Under the pieces are notes generated by a model. It made no database searches. It was not told the DNA's origin and saw only the letters and a list, made by a program, of their open reading frames with translations. 64,000 nucleotides of DNA, taken from IMG/VR virus record IMGVR_UViG_3300021197_001489, positions 248,001 to 312,000 of that record. One strand, 5' to 3'. Made by a program: the position numbers and the translations under genes. This document shows positions 55,140 to 64,000 of the stretch, piece after piece (within the stretch, counting starts at the first letter, position 1; each line of letters starts with the position of its first letter).

Positions 55140-55445
55140 ATGATAACGATCACTGAAGAAGCAAAACAGTATTTGGATAAAGTACGCAACGACGACTACG
55201 TTACACTTGGTGTAAAGGGTGGTGGCTGTTCAGGCTTTACCTATGTGTGGGACTTTAAAAACAACTGGCCAGATGTAAACTGGAGTGAGCCATACGCAGA
55301 TGCACTGGTGTTAGACCCAATGGCAGAAATGTTTGTAGCAGGTTGTACCATAGACTACAAAAATGAACTAGGTGGTAGTTATCTTACAGTAATCAACCCA
55401 AATGCAACTGCAACCTGTGGCTGCGGGGAGAGCTTTGCTGCTTAA
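55140..55445 (+). CDS. iscA: HesB/IscA-family Fe-S cluster assembly protein
   Basis: LGVKGGGCSGF.Y, IDY, NPNA..TCGCGESF. Confidence 0.94.
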   Translation: MITITEEAKQYLDKVRNDDYVTLGVKGGGCSGFTYVWDFKNNWPDVNWSEPYADALVLDPMAEMFVAGCTIDYKNELGGSYLTVINPNATATCGCGESFAA

Positions 55446-55447
55446 TC

Positions 55448-55455
55448 CATAAATA
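55448..55455 (+). promoter_or_regulatory. T4-type late promoter for structural genes
   Basis: CATAAATA upstream of 55479; the same sequence recurs at 56401-56408. Confidence 0.7.
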
Positions 55456-55478
55456 CACAAGTATTAAAGGATTGATAG

Positions 55479-55940
55479 ATGGCACAACAAATAATCGACT
55501 TAGGAACTTCGGCAAACGCAGGCGACGGTGATAATCTTCGCAGTGCAATGGATAAAACCAACGATAACTTCACTGAAGTTTACACTGCTGGTCCAGTTGG
55601 TTCAAACATTTCAATCACAAACAACTCAATTTCAAGCACCAACACAAATGGCAACATTACACTAGCCACAGATGGCACTGGTGTTATTCAAGTTGCTAAC
55701 GATATTGTACCTGATGTTAACAACACACGCTGGATTGGTAGTGCTAATGTACGTCCATTAGGAGCATACATCGGAACTGCTGGAGTAATAAGTTCAGGAC
55801 CATTGACTCTTCCTACATTTGCAGACAATACCGCAAGAGATGCTGCAATTACGCAACCAGCCGCGGGTATGATAATCTTTAATACAACAGGCACAAAGTT
55901 CCAAGGATACACAGGCAGTGCTTGGGTTGACTTAAACTAG
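55479..55940 (+). CDS. Baseplate wedge/tail-fibre connector-like protein
   Basis: T4 gp9/gp10-like N-terminus QIIDLGTSANAGDGDNLRSAMDKTNDNFTEVY. Confidence 0.75.
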   Translation: MAQQIIDLGTSANAGDGDNLRSAMDKTNDNFTEVYTAGPVGSNISITNNSISSTNTNGNITLATDGTGVIQVANDIVPDVNNTRWIGSANVRPLGAYIGTAGVISSGPLTLPTFADNTARDAAITQPAAGMIIFNTTGTKFQGYTGSAWVDLN

Positions 55941-55953
55941 TAAAGGATAAGCA

Positions 55954-56382
55954 ATGGGATTCATAAAAGATACAGACGGTATTGCCAGATCACGTAAAGC
56001 AGATAAAGACATTACCTATAGATATGCCGATGCAGATGTAAACACATTTTTAGGTGGCGGTACTGCAGGTAGTATTGTTACAGCTGGAGGAATCACTGGT
56101 GGCATACAAACCATAAGTGGTCCAGGTGCAATCAACCTCACAACATTATACACTGAACTTACAACAACTGGTGCAGATGCATTCTCACTTGCAAATGGTG
56201 CCGCAGGGCAGATTAAAATAATCACCTTGCTTGTAGACGGCGGTAACGCAACAATCACTCCAACTACATTTTCAAACGGCACATCAATCACAATGGACGC
56301 CGCAAATGATTCAGTTACAATGATCTATGGTACCAACGGTTGGCAGATAATTGCCGCACAAGCAATAACTGTTAATGCATAA
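55954..56382 (+). CDS. Structural/fibre-associated protein
   Basis: Beta-rich; shares a module with the C-terminus of 62466-63374. Confidence 0.6.
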   Translation: MGFIKDTDGIARSRKADKDITYRYADADVNTFLGGGTAGSIVTAGGITGGIQTISGPGAINLTTLYTELTTTGADAFSLANGAAGQIKIITLLVDGGNATITPTTFSNGTSITMDAANDSVTMIYGTNGWQIIAAQAITVNA

Positions 56383-56435
56383 ACTTTAGTTTACAATTGC
56401 CATAAATACTCATAACAGCAAGTTAGAGGTTCAGT

Positions 56436-58586
56436 ATGGCAAGACAAGTAATTAATGTAGGCGCAACCGCAAATGACGGCACCGGAGACGGTCTCCGTAC
56501 TGCCTATATCAAGTGTAACGATAACTTTCAAGAACTGTATCAAACCTCAACAACTCCTATACAGATTGTCAACGGCACTTCAAACGTAGCAGTTACTGAA
56601 AATGCCAATGTCACGGTATCAATTGCTGGCAGTGCCAATGTTGTAAACTTTGCTGGCAGCATAACAGAATTTACCGGTAATGCTTCTATCAGTGGCGACC
56701 TGTCTATTGGTAACAGTGTAACTGTTACACAGGACGTTACAATAAGTGATCAACTTATTATTGTAGGCACCCTGGGCAGCAATATGATTCCTGACGGTAA
56801 CGGCACTAGAGACTTAGGGTCAAATGCAGCAAAATGGAAGGACCTATATCTAAGCGGTACCAGTACCGTCCTTGGAAATATAACGTCATCAGCAAACATA
56901 GCTGGTGCTAATATTATTGCATCACAAGATGTTATAATTGCCGGGCAACATGTCACAACTGGAAATGTAACAGCTGGGAACATAATCACTGCTGGTGTTG
57001 TCACTGCAACAGGTAATGTCACCGGTGGAAACTTGGTTACAGGCGGTTCTGTAGCAGCAACTGGAGATATTAGCGGCGCAGCTATTACAGCAACAGGCAA
57101 CTTTAGTGCATTAAATATTACTGCAACAGGCAGTGCAAACATAACTGCTGGCGGCTTTTTTGTAGGTGATGGTGGATTTTTATCCAACGTCACTGCCGCG
57201 TCAAACGTTGCAGTAACTCAAATTGCCAACGGAACATCAGTTGTAGGCATAAGTTCATCAGGTGGTAACGTTGAACTTACATCAGGTGGTGTATTAACAT
57301 TCCAATCAAACGGCACAAACTTAGACGTACTTCGACCACTCACAGTAACTGGTAACGTAACTGCTACTGGAAACACAAGCGGCGGTAACTTAATTACAGC
57401 TGGTAGAGTTGTTAGTACAGGAAACATAGTATCAAGTGGTAATATCAGTGCTGTAAACTTCTTAGGTAACGGTAGTTTCTTAACGGGCGTTGCATCAACT
57501 GCTATAACAAACGGCACATCAAATGTCACAGTTGCAAGTGGCGCTGCTACAACAGTTGGAGTTGCTGGCACTACTAGGCTTACTGTAAGTGCAACTGGCG
57601 CCGCTGTAGCAGGACTAATAACTGCAACTGGCAATATTACTGCTACAGGTAATGTAGCAGGCGGAAACGTAGTAACTGGTGGTTTAATAACTGCAACAGG
57701 CAATATCACTGCTACAGGTAATGTAGCAGGTGGAAACCTAGTAACTGGTGGTGCAGTAATTGCTACCGGGGCAGTAACTGGTGCAACACTTGCCGGTGAC
57801 GGATCAGCATTAACTGCACTAAATGGAACCAATATAGCAAGTGGTACAGTTGCAGCCGCTAGAGTGGCAACACTCAACCAAAATACAACTGGTAGTGCAG
57901 CCACACTCACAACCGCAAGAGCAATTGCACTAACAGGTGACGTAACTGGTACTGCCGACTTTGATGGTAGTGCAGGCATTAGTATTGCGGCTACTATTGC
58001 AGCTAACTCAGTTGCACTTGGCACAGACACAACAGGTAATTATGTTGCTACAGGTGCAGTTAGCGGTGTTGGTCTTAGTGGTAGTTCAAGTAGTGAAGGT
58101 GGTACATTTACTGTAACATCAAATGCTACAAATCTTAACACAGCCTCAACTATTGTTGCAAGAGATGCCTCAGGTAACTTTGTTGCTGGCACAATAACTG
58201 CACTTGCAACTTCAGCACAATATGCTGACATTGCAGAGATGTATAGCAGTGATCACCCACACGAACCCGGCACAGTGCTAGAGTTTGGCGGTGCAGCAGA
58301 AGTAACCCGTAGCAGTCAAGACGCTTCGCCAAGAGTAGCAGGAGTAGTGAGTACCAAGCCAGCACACTTGATGAACAACGAACAAGATGGTGTTGCAGTT
58401 GCATTGGTAGGGCGCGTACCAACACATGTTGTTGGTCCTGTGCGCAAAGGTGACATGATGGTTGCCACAGCAAATGGCAGAGCAAGAGCCGAGGCTAATC
58501 CAGCAATGGGAACTGTGATTGGCAAAGCACTGGAAAATTTTGATGATGCTCAAGGGACAATTGAAGTAGTAGTAGGAAGGTTCTAA
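56436..58586 (+). CDS. Tail fibre protein with C-terminal chaperone-like (Peptidase_G2/S74-type) domain
   Basis: gp9-like N-terminus, G-N-(V/I)-T-A repeats, YADIAEMY...GVVST.PA..M...VALVGRVP...IGKALE. Confidence 0.8.
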   Translation: MARQVINVGATANDGTGDGLRTAYIKCNDNFQELYQTSTTPIQIVNGTSNVAVTENANVTVSIAGSANVVNFAGSITEFTGNASISGDLSIGNSVTVTQDVTISDQLIIVGTLGSNMIPDGNGTRDLGSNAAKWKDLYLSGTSTVLGNITSSANIAGANIIASQDVIIAGQHVTTGNVTAGNIITAGVVTATGNVTGGNLVTGGSVAATGDISGAAITATGNFSALNITATGSANITAGGFFVGDGGFLSNVTAASNVAVTQIANGTSVVGISSSGGNVELTSGGVLTFQSNGTNLDVLRPLTVTGNVTATGNTSGGNLITAGRVVSTGNIVSSGNISAVNFLGNGSFLTGVASTAITNGTSNVTVASGAATTVGVAGTTRLTVSATGAAVAGLITATGNITATGNVAGGNVVTGGLITATGNITATGNVAGGNLVTGGAVIATGAVTGATLAGDGSALTALNGTNIASGTVAAARVATLNQNTTGSAATLTTARAIALTGDVTGTADFDGSAGISIAATIAANSVALGTDTTGNYVATGAVSGVGLSGSSSSEGGTFTVTSNATNLNTASTIVARDASGNFVAGTITALATSAQYADIAEMYSSDHPHEPGTVLEFGGAAEVTRSSQDASPRVAGVVSTKPAHLMNNEQDGVAVALVGRVPTHVVGPVRKGDMMVATANGRARAEANPAMGTVIGKALENFDDAQGTIEVVVGRF
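57612..57749 (+). repeat. 69-bp tandem duplication within the fibre gene
   Basis: GLITATGNITATGNVAGGN(V/L)VTG occurs twice. Confidence 0.85.
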
Positions 58587-61500
58587 ATGGCACAACCAGT
58601 TTGGGTAACACCTGCAGGAGACCTCGGAACTATTGCCGAAAGTTTGTTCTTCCAAGTACCAATTGAAGCAACTGACTCAGATGGCTCAACAGTAAAGTAC
58701 AGTTTGATAGCTGGCAAACTTCCTGAAGGTATTCAAGTAACAGAAAACGGTAGCATTGAAGGTGTACCGCTGGCATATGCTAGAGTCAAGGGTGTACCAA
58801 CTGAAGTTTCTGAAAACGTAACATCAACATTTGCAGTCCGAGCTACTAGTACAGTTGATAGTCAAATTAACGACAGAACATTTGAGTTAACTGTTACTGG
58901 TCAAGATATTCCAACATTTACTACACCAGCTGGGTCGCTAGGCACATTTTTTGACAGTGATATAATTAATATTACAATTGGGTTTACTGATCAAGATCCT
59001 AACGATACTGTGGTAATCACAGTTGACAACGGAGAATTACCACCCGGATTAACTATCAATCCTACAACTGGTGTGATATCAGGATATATAGTGCCAGTAA
59101 GCAATTTGCCTGATGATGCTACTTCAGGATTTGATGCTAGTGAATGGGATTTGTATCCGTTTGATTTTTCTACTCGCAGTATAAACAAAACCTATGAATT
59201 TACACTGAGCATTACAGATGGTAAAGATCAAAATTTAAGAACGTTTTCAATGTATGTGGGCAGTCGCGACAGTTTAACCGCAGACACCACAGACTTTACA
59301 GCAGACAGTGAAGTGTTGACAGCAGATCTGTCGCCACAGCGTACTCCACTTATTACAAATTTCCCAGCAGCGGATCCACCATATGCAGCAGGATTTATTG
59401 GCCTGTTTAGACATGACAATTTCTTTGCATACCAAATTCTAGGATTGGATCTTGATGGAGACGCATTTGAATTTGAAATTGCATTAGGAGATTCAAGTGA
59501 CATTCCCCCTGGATTGGTATTTGATAGATTCACAGGTTGGCTAACTGGCTTCTTCCCAGATCAAGGTGCAACAGAAAAAGACTACAGTTTTGCTATCACC
59601 ATTTACAAAAAAGACAACAACGCAGTTGTAAGCGAACCTTATAACTATACGATGTCGGTTATAGGCAGTATTGAAAGTTCAGTTACTTGGCTGACCGGCA
59701 CATTGATTCCAGACAGAGATGTGAATGATCCAATATACAGTCTTGGCACAATAGACAACGGCGAAACCAGCATGCTGGCTGTTAAAGCAACCAATCCAAG
59801 TGGGCGTTTTTTACAATTTAAACTAAAAGCTGGCAGCTATCCAAGCACACCAGGGCAGTACAACTTGCTACCACAAGGGTTGCAACTTTTGGCTAGCGGT
59901 GAAATTGCCGGACGTGTAAGTTTTAATACCTTTGCAATTGATGGAGGAACAACCACATTTGACAAAAATACCACAACAAGGCTTGAGAACGCTGAAACCA
60001 CATTTGATAAAGCCTTTGACTTCACTGTGGTTGCATATAGCAGTGATGGCCTGGTCAGTGTAAGCAGAAAGTTCCGTATCACAGTTGACAGAGCATACAA
60101 CTCACCATATAATGGATTATATATCAAAGCCATGCCGGATCAAGCAGATAGAAATTTTGTAAACAGCCTTTTACAAGACACAGATATCATTCCTCCTAGT
60201 CGTGTATATCGTCCTGATGATCCCTATTTTGGTGTGGCTAAAGATGTGGTATACAATCATGCATACAGTTTAGACACTGCTACACTTGACGAATACTTAC
60301 TTGCATTAAGCAAAAACCATTTTCGCAAAAAGATTATTCTTGGACCTATTAAAACAGCACAAGCACTCAATCCCGACGGGTCTGTTGAATACGAAGTTGT
60401 TTACAGCGACATTGTTGACACAGGAGTGAATAGTTTAGGACAAAGTCCAGCACAAAGTATCACACTTCCTTATCCTGCAACAGTGTACAGCGAAACAGCC
60501 ACTGAAGCACGACAATTGTTTGAAGACAACTTCACCAACGGCAACGTTGCAGATGCAAATGTAACTGCACTGGATCAAATGAGTGTTGCTTACTTGGAAG
60601 AGTCAAGAGACCTAAACATGTTGGCAAACATTGCAAGTCAGATGGCAAAAGATTGGATAGCTGATGGACAACCTGGAGACCCTGCTCCAATATGGACTGG
60701 CGATAAGTATATTCCAAATCCCAAAGTAAACGATGTGTTCAACTGGACTCCCAGTAACCAATGTCCTGTAAACATGGAAGAGCCGCTTAGATATGACAAA
60801 TTTAAAACACAGTTAGCAGCTCTAACAGCCAATGACATAATATGGTGTGATTACACAGTTGAAGTGGATGATAAAGCTGATCCTGAAGGTAAGAAGAAGA
60901 AAACTGTTCGCAGTATTGCTCCTTTTGGATGGCTAATCGAATACGGTGATACTGCGTACATTGTGATGCGTGGTACACAAAATGAATATGATGGCAAGAT
61001 CGACACCATGGCAGCCAAAGTTATCAATCCAATTGCTGGATTTGGCAAAGGCAAAACACACAACGGATTTACTATTGCTTACAAAGGGCTTGGTCCAAAA
61101 GGCGAAGAGCGTCCTGCAGATGTCCCAGGTATCAGTTTGTTTGATGCACTAAACAACACCACTAAAACAAAAATCAAAATTGGCGGACACAGCCTTGGCA
61201 GTGCAATCAGCACACTTATAACCAATTATGCACAAACTTTTAACAAGTTTGACCGCATTGAAGGATATGTAAGCGCATCACCAACAGTGGGCAATCAAAA
61301 ATACGCCGACTATTTCAATGCTCTTCAAGACAAAGACGGCAACATGCTGGGCAACACTTTCTACAGACTCACAAACAAAAATGATATTGTGCCAATGATA
61401 CCTGGATCATGGTTACAATATATAGCAGTAGCACAAGAAGTGTTATTTGATGCTCCTTACACTGATCCTGATAACCTTGTAAAAACTGCAAAAAATCATC

Positions 61501-62453
61501 AGATTTGTTGTTGCTATGCGTATGCACTTAAACATCCACTGGATGTATTCAATCCTAGCAATGAAGATTCATCATGCAAGTTCCCTGTTGGACCGGCAAG
61601 TCCGGATTATTTCTCACTGGAACAACATCTTGACAGTTTGATATTGTATTACGGTTCGTGGGTAGATAACCCTGATGGCACAGTTTCCACCACTTTCACT
61701 ACTGTATACCCAAACAGTTTGATCAATATGAGAGATCAAGTGATTGATGTAGTAGGACAACAAAGTACAGTACTTCCGCTGTGGATGACCACAAAGCAAA
61801 CAGACGGCAGAGTGTTAGGATTTACCAAGGCATGGGTAATTTGCTATGCACAACCTGGTGAAAGTGACCGAATCAGTTACAACATACGCACACAGTTTGG
61901 CGAAATATTAAACAGAGTAGACTTCATCAGTGATAGATATATCCTGGACAATCAACTAACTGCCGCTTGGGTACCAAACGAAGACTCAACAGACGGCGGC
62001 AACTGGAATCCAAGTCCACCACTTAGCACAACGTTTGATGTCGACTTTTACGTTGACTGGACTGCAATATCAACTGCTATACTTGGAATTGCTGTTGGCC
62101 TCACCAATAATTTAAGTCCAGTTGCAAATGCTGTTACGAGTGGATTTGCCAACGGCGACTTCAACGAAAGTGGTGTTATTACTGCCGCAGATGCACTTGA
62201 TGCGGCCAAATTCGGAGCTGATACGTTAGAAGATGGTACTGCAAAAACACGCATCCAAACTATTTTTGAGCCAGCACTAAGACTTGCACGGACTAACGAC
62301 CCAACAACGTATAATGAATATTTTGTTGGTGCAGGAAACACAACCACATTTGATGGCAACAGTTTGAGGTTTACTAGCCCTGTGGATGTTTACGGCAAGA
62401 CGGACAAGTATGATAAATACCTCGTATTCCCCAAGACGAATATTTTAGGATAA
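58587..62453 (+). CDS. Large virion/baseplate protein with Ig-like repeats and an internal class-3 lipase domain
   Basis: YSLIAG.LP.G, GELPPGL.IN..TG.ISG and IPPGL.FD..TG.LTG repeats; internal VMRGT, HNGF, GHSLG, SPTVGN, NKNDIVP, H. Confidence 0.8.
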   Translation: MAQPVWVTPAGDLGTIAESLFFQVPIEATDSDGSTVKYSLIAGKLPEGIQVTENGSIEGVPLAYARVKGVPTEVSENVTSTFAVRATSTVDSQINDRTFELTVTGQDIPTFTTPAGSLGTFFDSDIINITIGFTDQDPNDTVVITVDNGELPPGLTINPTTGVISGYIVPVSNLPDDATSGFDASEWDLYPFDFSTRSINKTYEFTLSITDGKDQNLRTFSMYVGSRDSLTADTTDFTADSEVLTADLSPQRTPLITNFPAADPPYAAGFIGLFRHDNFFAYQILGLDLDGDAFEFEIALGDSSDIPPGLVFDRFTGWLTGFFPDQGATEKDYSFAITIYKKDNNAVVSEPYNYTMSVIGSIESSVTWLTGTLIPDRDVNDPIYSLGTIDNGETSMLAVKATNPSGRFLQFKLKAGSYPSTPGQYNLLPQGLQLLASGEIAGRVSFNTFAIDGGTTTFDKNTTTRLENAETTFDKAFDFTVVAYSSDGLVSVSRKFRITVDRAYNSPYNGLYIKAMPDQADRNFVNSLLQDTDIIPPSRVYRPDDPYFGVAKDVVYNHAYSLDTATLDEYLLALSKNHFRKKIILGPIKTAQALNPDGSVEYEVVYSDIVDTGVNSLGQSPAQSITLPYPATVYSETATEARQLFEDNFTNGNVADANVTALDQMSVAYLEESRDLNMLANIASQMAKDWIADGQPGDPAPIWTGDKYIPNPKVNDVFNWTPSNQCPVNMEEPLRYDKFKTQLAALTANDIIWCDYTVEVDDKADPEGKKKKTVRSIAPFGWLIEYGDTAYIVMRGTQNEYDGKIDTMAAKVINPIAGFGKGKTHNGFTIAYKGLGPKGEERPADVPGISLFDALNNTTKTKIKIGGHSLGSAISTLITNYAQTFNKFDRIEGYVSASPTVGNQKYADYFNALQDKDGNMLGNTFYRLTNKNDIVPMIPGSWLQYIAVAQEVLFDAPYTDPDNLVKTAKNHQICCCYAYALKHPLDVFNPSNEDSSCKFPVGPASPDYFSLEQHLDSLILYYGSWVDNPDGTVSTTFTTVYPNSLINMRDQVIDVVGQQSTVLPLWMTTKQTDGRVLGFTKAWVICYAQPGESDRISYNIRTQFGEILNRVDFISDRYILDNQLTAAWVPNEDSTDGGNWNPSPPLSTTFDVDFYVDWTAISTAILGIAVGLTNNLSPVANAVTSGFANGDFNESGVITAADALDAAKFGADTLEDGTAKTRIQTIFEPALRLARTNDPTTYNEYFVGAGNTTTFDGNSLRFTSPVDVYGKTDKYDKYLVFPKTNILG

Positions 62454-62465
62454 AAAGAGAGAAAC

Positions 62466-63374
62466 ATGGCAAGCAACATCAACCCCAACAATATCGATAC
62501 CACCTACCCTATTGCTGGGCAGGATAACGACAGCCAGGGCTTTCGTGATAACTTTACAAACGTCAAAACAAACTTTGAATATGCAGAGACTGAAATTGAT
62601 GATTTGCAAGCAAAAGGTATCTTCAAAAGTGCGCTGACCGGCACAACATTAGACAACGACATGGCAGGCGGACTAATCAAAAACGCAAAAACACAAGGTT
62701 TTCGCGGGACACGCATTGCACTTGGTGCAGTAACTGGTTCAACAGCAATTGATTATAGTGCAGGACAGTGGTATACTGTTACTACATCTGGATCAATTAC
62801 ACTGGCATTTAGTAATATTCCAGCAAGCGGCAACGCAAGTTGGTTTAATGTTCGAATCAATGTTGCCAACATTGCACACACTGTTACACTTCCAGCCACA
62901 GTTGGAGCAAGTGGTTCTGCACAGAGTGTAGCCGGCATCCAAGGCATCAGTTCAAATGTAATTACATTTAACGAAACTGGCACCTATGAGTTTGAATTCC
63001 ACACAGATGACGGTGGAACAACAATTTACCTAAGTGAACTAACACGCCCACGCAACAGACTGATGAATCCAATACAGCTTGCAGGCAGTGAAGATTTAGC
63101 CGCATCTGGTGCAGCCAGTTTAGCAAAGACTACCAGTTACTTTACAACAGGCGGTGCAGAAACAAGCACACTAGCCGCAGGTGTTGAAGGACAAGTTAAA
63201 GTCCTTGCTATGCTAGGCGATGGCGGTGATATGGTAACCACAGTGACTAATGCAGGATGGAAAGCATCAGGCACAGGTATTATTACATTCAGCGACATTG
63301 GCGAAGCAGTAACACTTATGTATATCAATAGCAAATGGTTTTGCATTGGTAACAACGGCGCTGCGTTTGGATAA
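62466..63374 (+). CDS. Structural protein (fibre/baseplate-like)
   Basis: MASNINPNNIDTTYPIAGQDNDSQGFRDNF...I.DLQ N-terminus; beta-rich body. Confidence 0.65.
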   Translation: MASNINPNNIDTTYPIAGQDNDSQGFRDNFTNVKTNFEYAETEIDDLQAKGIFKSALTGTTLDNDMAGGLIKNAKTQGFRGTRIALGAVTGSTAIDYSAGQWYTVTTSGSITLAFSNIPASGNASWFNVRINVANIAHTVTLPATVGASGSAQSVAGIQGISSNVITFNETGTYEFEFHTDDGGTTIYLSELTRPRNRLMNPIQLAGSEDLAASGAASLAKTTSYFTTGGAETSTLAAGVEGQVKVLAMLGDGGDMVTTVTNAGWKASGTGIITFSDIGEAVTLMYINSKWFCIGNNGAAFG

Positions 63375-63390
63375 CGGTAAATTAAATTAT

Positions 63391-63419
63391 TGACATACTG
63401 ACTCCTCTACGCTATAATT
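63391..63419 (+). promoter_or_regulatory. sigma70-type promoter for mazG
   Basis: TTGACA-17-TATAAT. Confidence 0.75.
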
Positions 63420-63441
63420 AGTAAAGTGTAGAGGAGTTTTT

Positions 63442-63852
63442 ATGACACAAGTAGATTTAAATCGTTACAAAGAATTTGTTCAAACAGTAACAAGCGAACA
63501 AAGCAATGATACAATAGCAATGCATCTGGCAATGACTGAACTAGAAGCAGTTAGTGGTGTTAACATGGCACTGTTGTTGACTGGTGCAGTTGGACTTAGT
63601 GCTGAAGGTGGCGAGTTTATGGAAATTGTAAAGAAGTGCATCTTTCAAGGCAAACCCATGGATGAAGATACGCAGTTCCATGCAAAACGTGAATTGGGAG
63701 ACATCATGTGGTACTGGATTAACAGTTGCCGCGCACTCAACATTGATCCCAATGATGTTATTGAAGAAAATGTACGCAAATTAGAAAAACGCTATCCCGG
63801 CGGAAGTTTTGATGTGCATTACTCAGAGAACAGACAAGCAGGCGATCTCTAG
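63442..63852 (+). CDS. mazG: MazG-like nucleotide pyrophosphohydrolase
   Basis: GL.AEGGEFMEIVKK, ELGDIMWY, N..KL..RYP. Confidence 0.92.
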   Translation: MTQVDLNRYKEFVQTVTSEQSNDTIAMHLAMTELEAVSGVNMALLLTGAVGLSAEGGEFMEIVKKCIFQGKPMDEDTQFHAKRELGDIMWYWINSCRALNIDPNDVIEENVRKLEKRYPGGSFDVHYSENRQAGDL

Positions 63853-64000
63853 TGGAACATCCGTTAATTGGTAACATTGACGAGCTGTCCGAAAGTGACA
63901 TCATTGACAAAATTACTGAACTTAACAAAAAGTATTACGCAAGTATGAGACTGGGCAACTCCCACTTAACCAATCAAGTAGGAATGGCACTTGAAACATA
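63852..64000 (+). CDS. Hypothetical protein (3'-truncated by window edge)
   Basis: GTG overlapping the mazG stop; open to the window end (VEHPLIGNIDELSE...). Confidence 0.5.
   Translation, partial: MEHPLIGNIDELSESDIIDKITELNKKYYASMRLGNSHLTNQVGMALET

Noticed and set aside
57612-57749. 69-bp direct repeat as a possible CRISPR or regulatory repeat
   Set aside because: In-frame coding duplication of a fibre repeat, with no spacers.
56750-58030. Long minus-strand ORFs (147 and 270 aa) opposite the fibre gene
   Set aside because: Antisense shadows of repetitive Gly/Thr/Ala/Asn codons; no RBS or independent motifs.
60490-61600. Intein or intron explanation for the insert in the large structural gene
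   Set aside because: No N-terminal Cys/Ser with C-terminal His-Asn, no LAGLIDADG or HNH motifs, and the frame is continuous; the content is a lipase fold.
1-64000. Bacterial chromosome or prophage interpretation (clpX, clpS, infA, fpr, sod, iscA, tctA, porin look cellular)
   Set aside because: These genes are interleaved with PAAR, fibre and baseplate genes and T4-type late promoters, lack their usual operon partners (clpP, clpA, tctB, isc operon), and no integrase or att site is seen.
1-64000. tRNA, rRNA, CRISPR array, IS element, DGR or stop-codon recoding
   Set aside because: No cloverleaf, spacer-repeat array, transposase or reverse transcriptase was found by eye. Long genes are intact under the standard code and end in TAA, TAG and TGA. 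A tRNAscan run would be the formal check.

Overview
This window is a 64-kb slice of a large lytic dsDNA myophage (jumbo, T4-superfamily-like). It is probably aquatic or marine and probably infects an alphaproteobacterium. The phage identity is supported by very dense, mostly + strand coding, T4-type late promoters (TATAAATA plus a frequent TAAGTA variant), strong sigma70-type early promoters with a repeated leader, and phage-type genes: nrdB/grx, ATP-dependent ligase, UvsE, MazG, PAAR, tail-fibre/baseplate proteins and a SleB hydrolase. The host guess is inferred from the porin, Tct transporter and ROSE-like leader. No tRNA, rRNA, CRISPR array, integrase or IS element was seen. The accessory content is rich: (i) proteostasis genes (ClpX with an RKN loop, ClpS, and Hsp20 behind a ROSE-like thermometer); (ii) envelope proteins (porin, a lipoprotein/FG-GAP/beta-barrel protein, a Cys-repeat cassette, and five paralogous two-Cys small proteins); (iii) small-molecule or glycan tailoring enzymes (UDP-sugar dehydrogenase, amidinotransferase, 2OG-Fe-type oxygenases, a B12 radical SAM enzyme), plus a 7.7-kb minus-strand island with APS kinase, an HxGH nucleotidyltransferase, sulfotransferase-like proteins, methyltransferases and TctA/TctC; (iv) a redox/translation module (ferredoxin, FNR, SOD, IscA, IF-1, Hc1-like protein). 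The strongest leads are two promoter-driven structured non-coding RNA candidates (32205-32373 minus, with three NAAAGA-loop hairpins; 33474-33621 plus), a class-3 lipase domain embedded in a 1288-aa virion-type protein, the sulfation/transport island, and the ROSE-like thermometer. All functional calls come from motif recognition by eye; no database searches were run.
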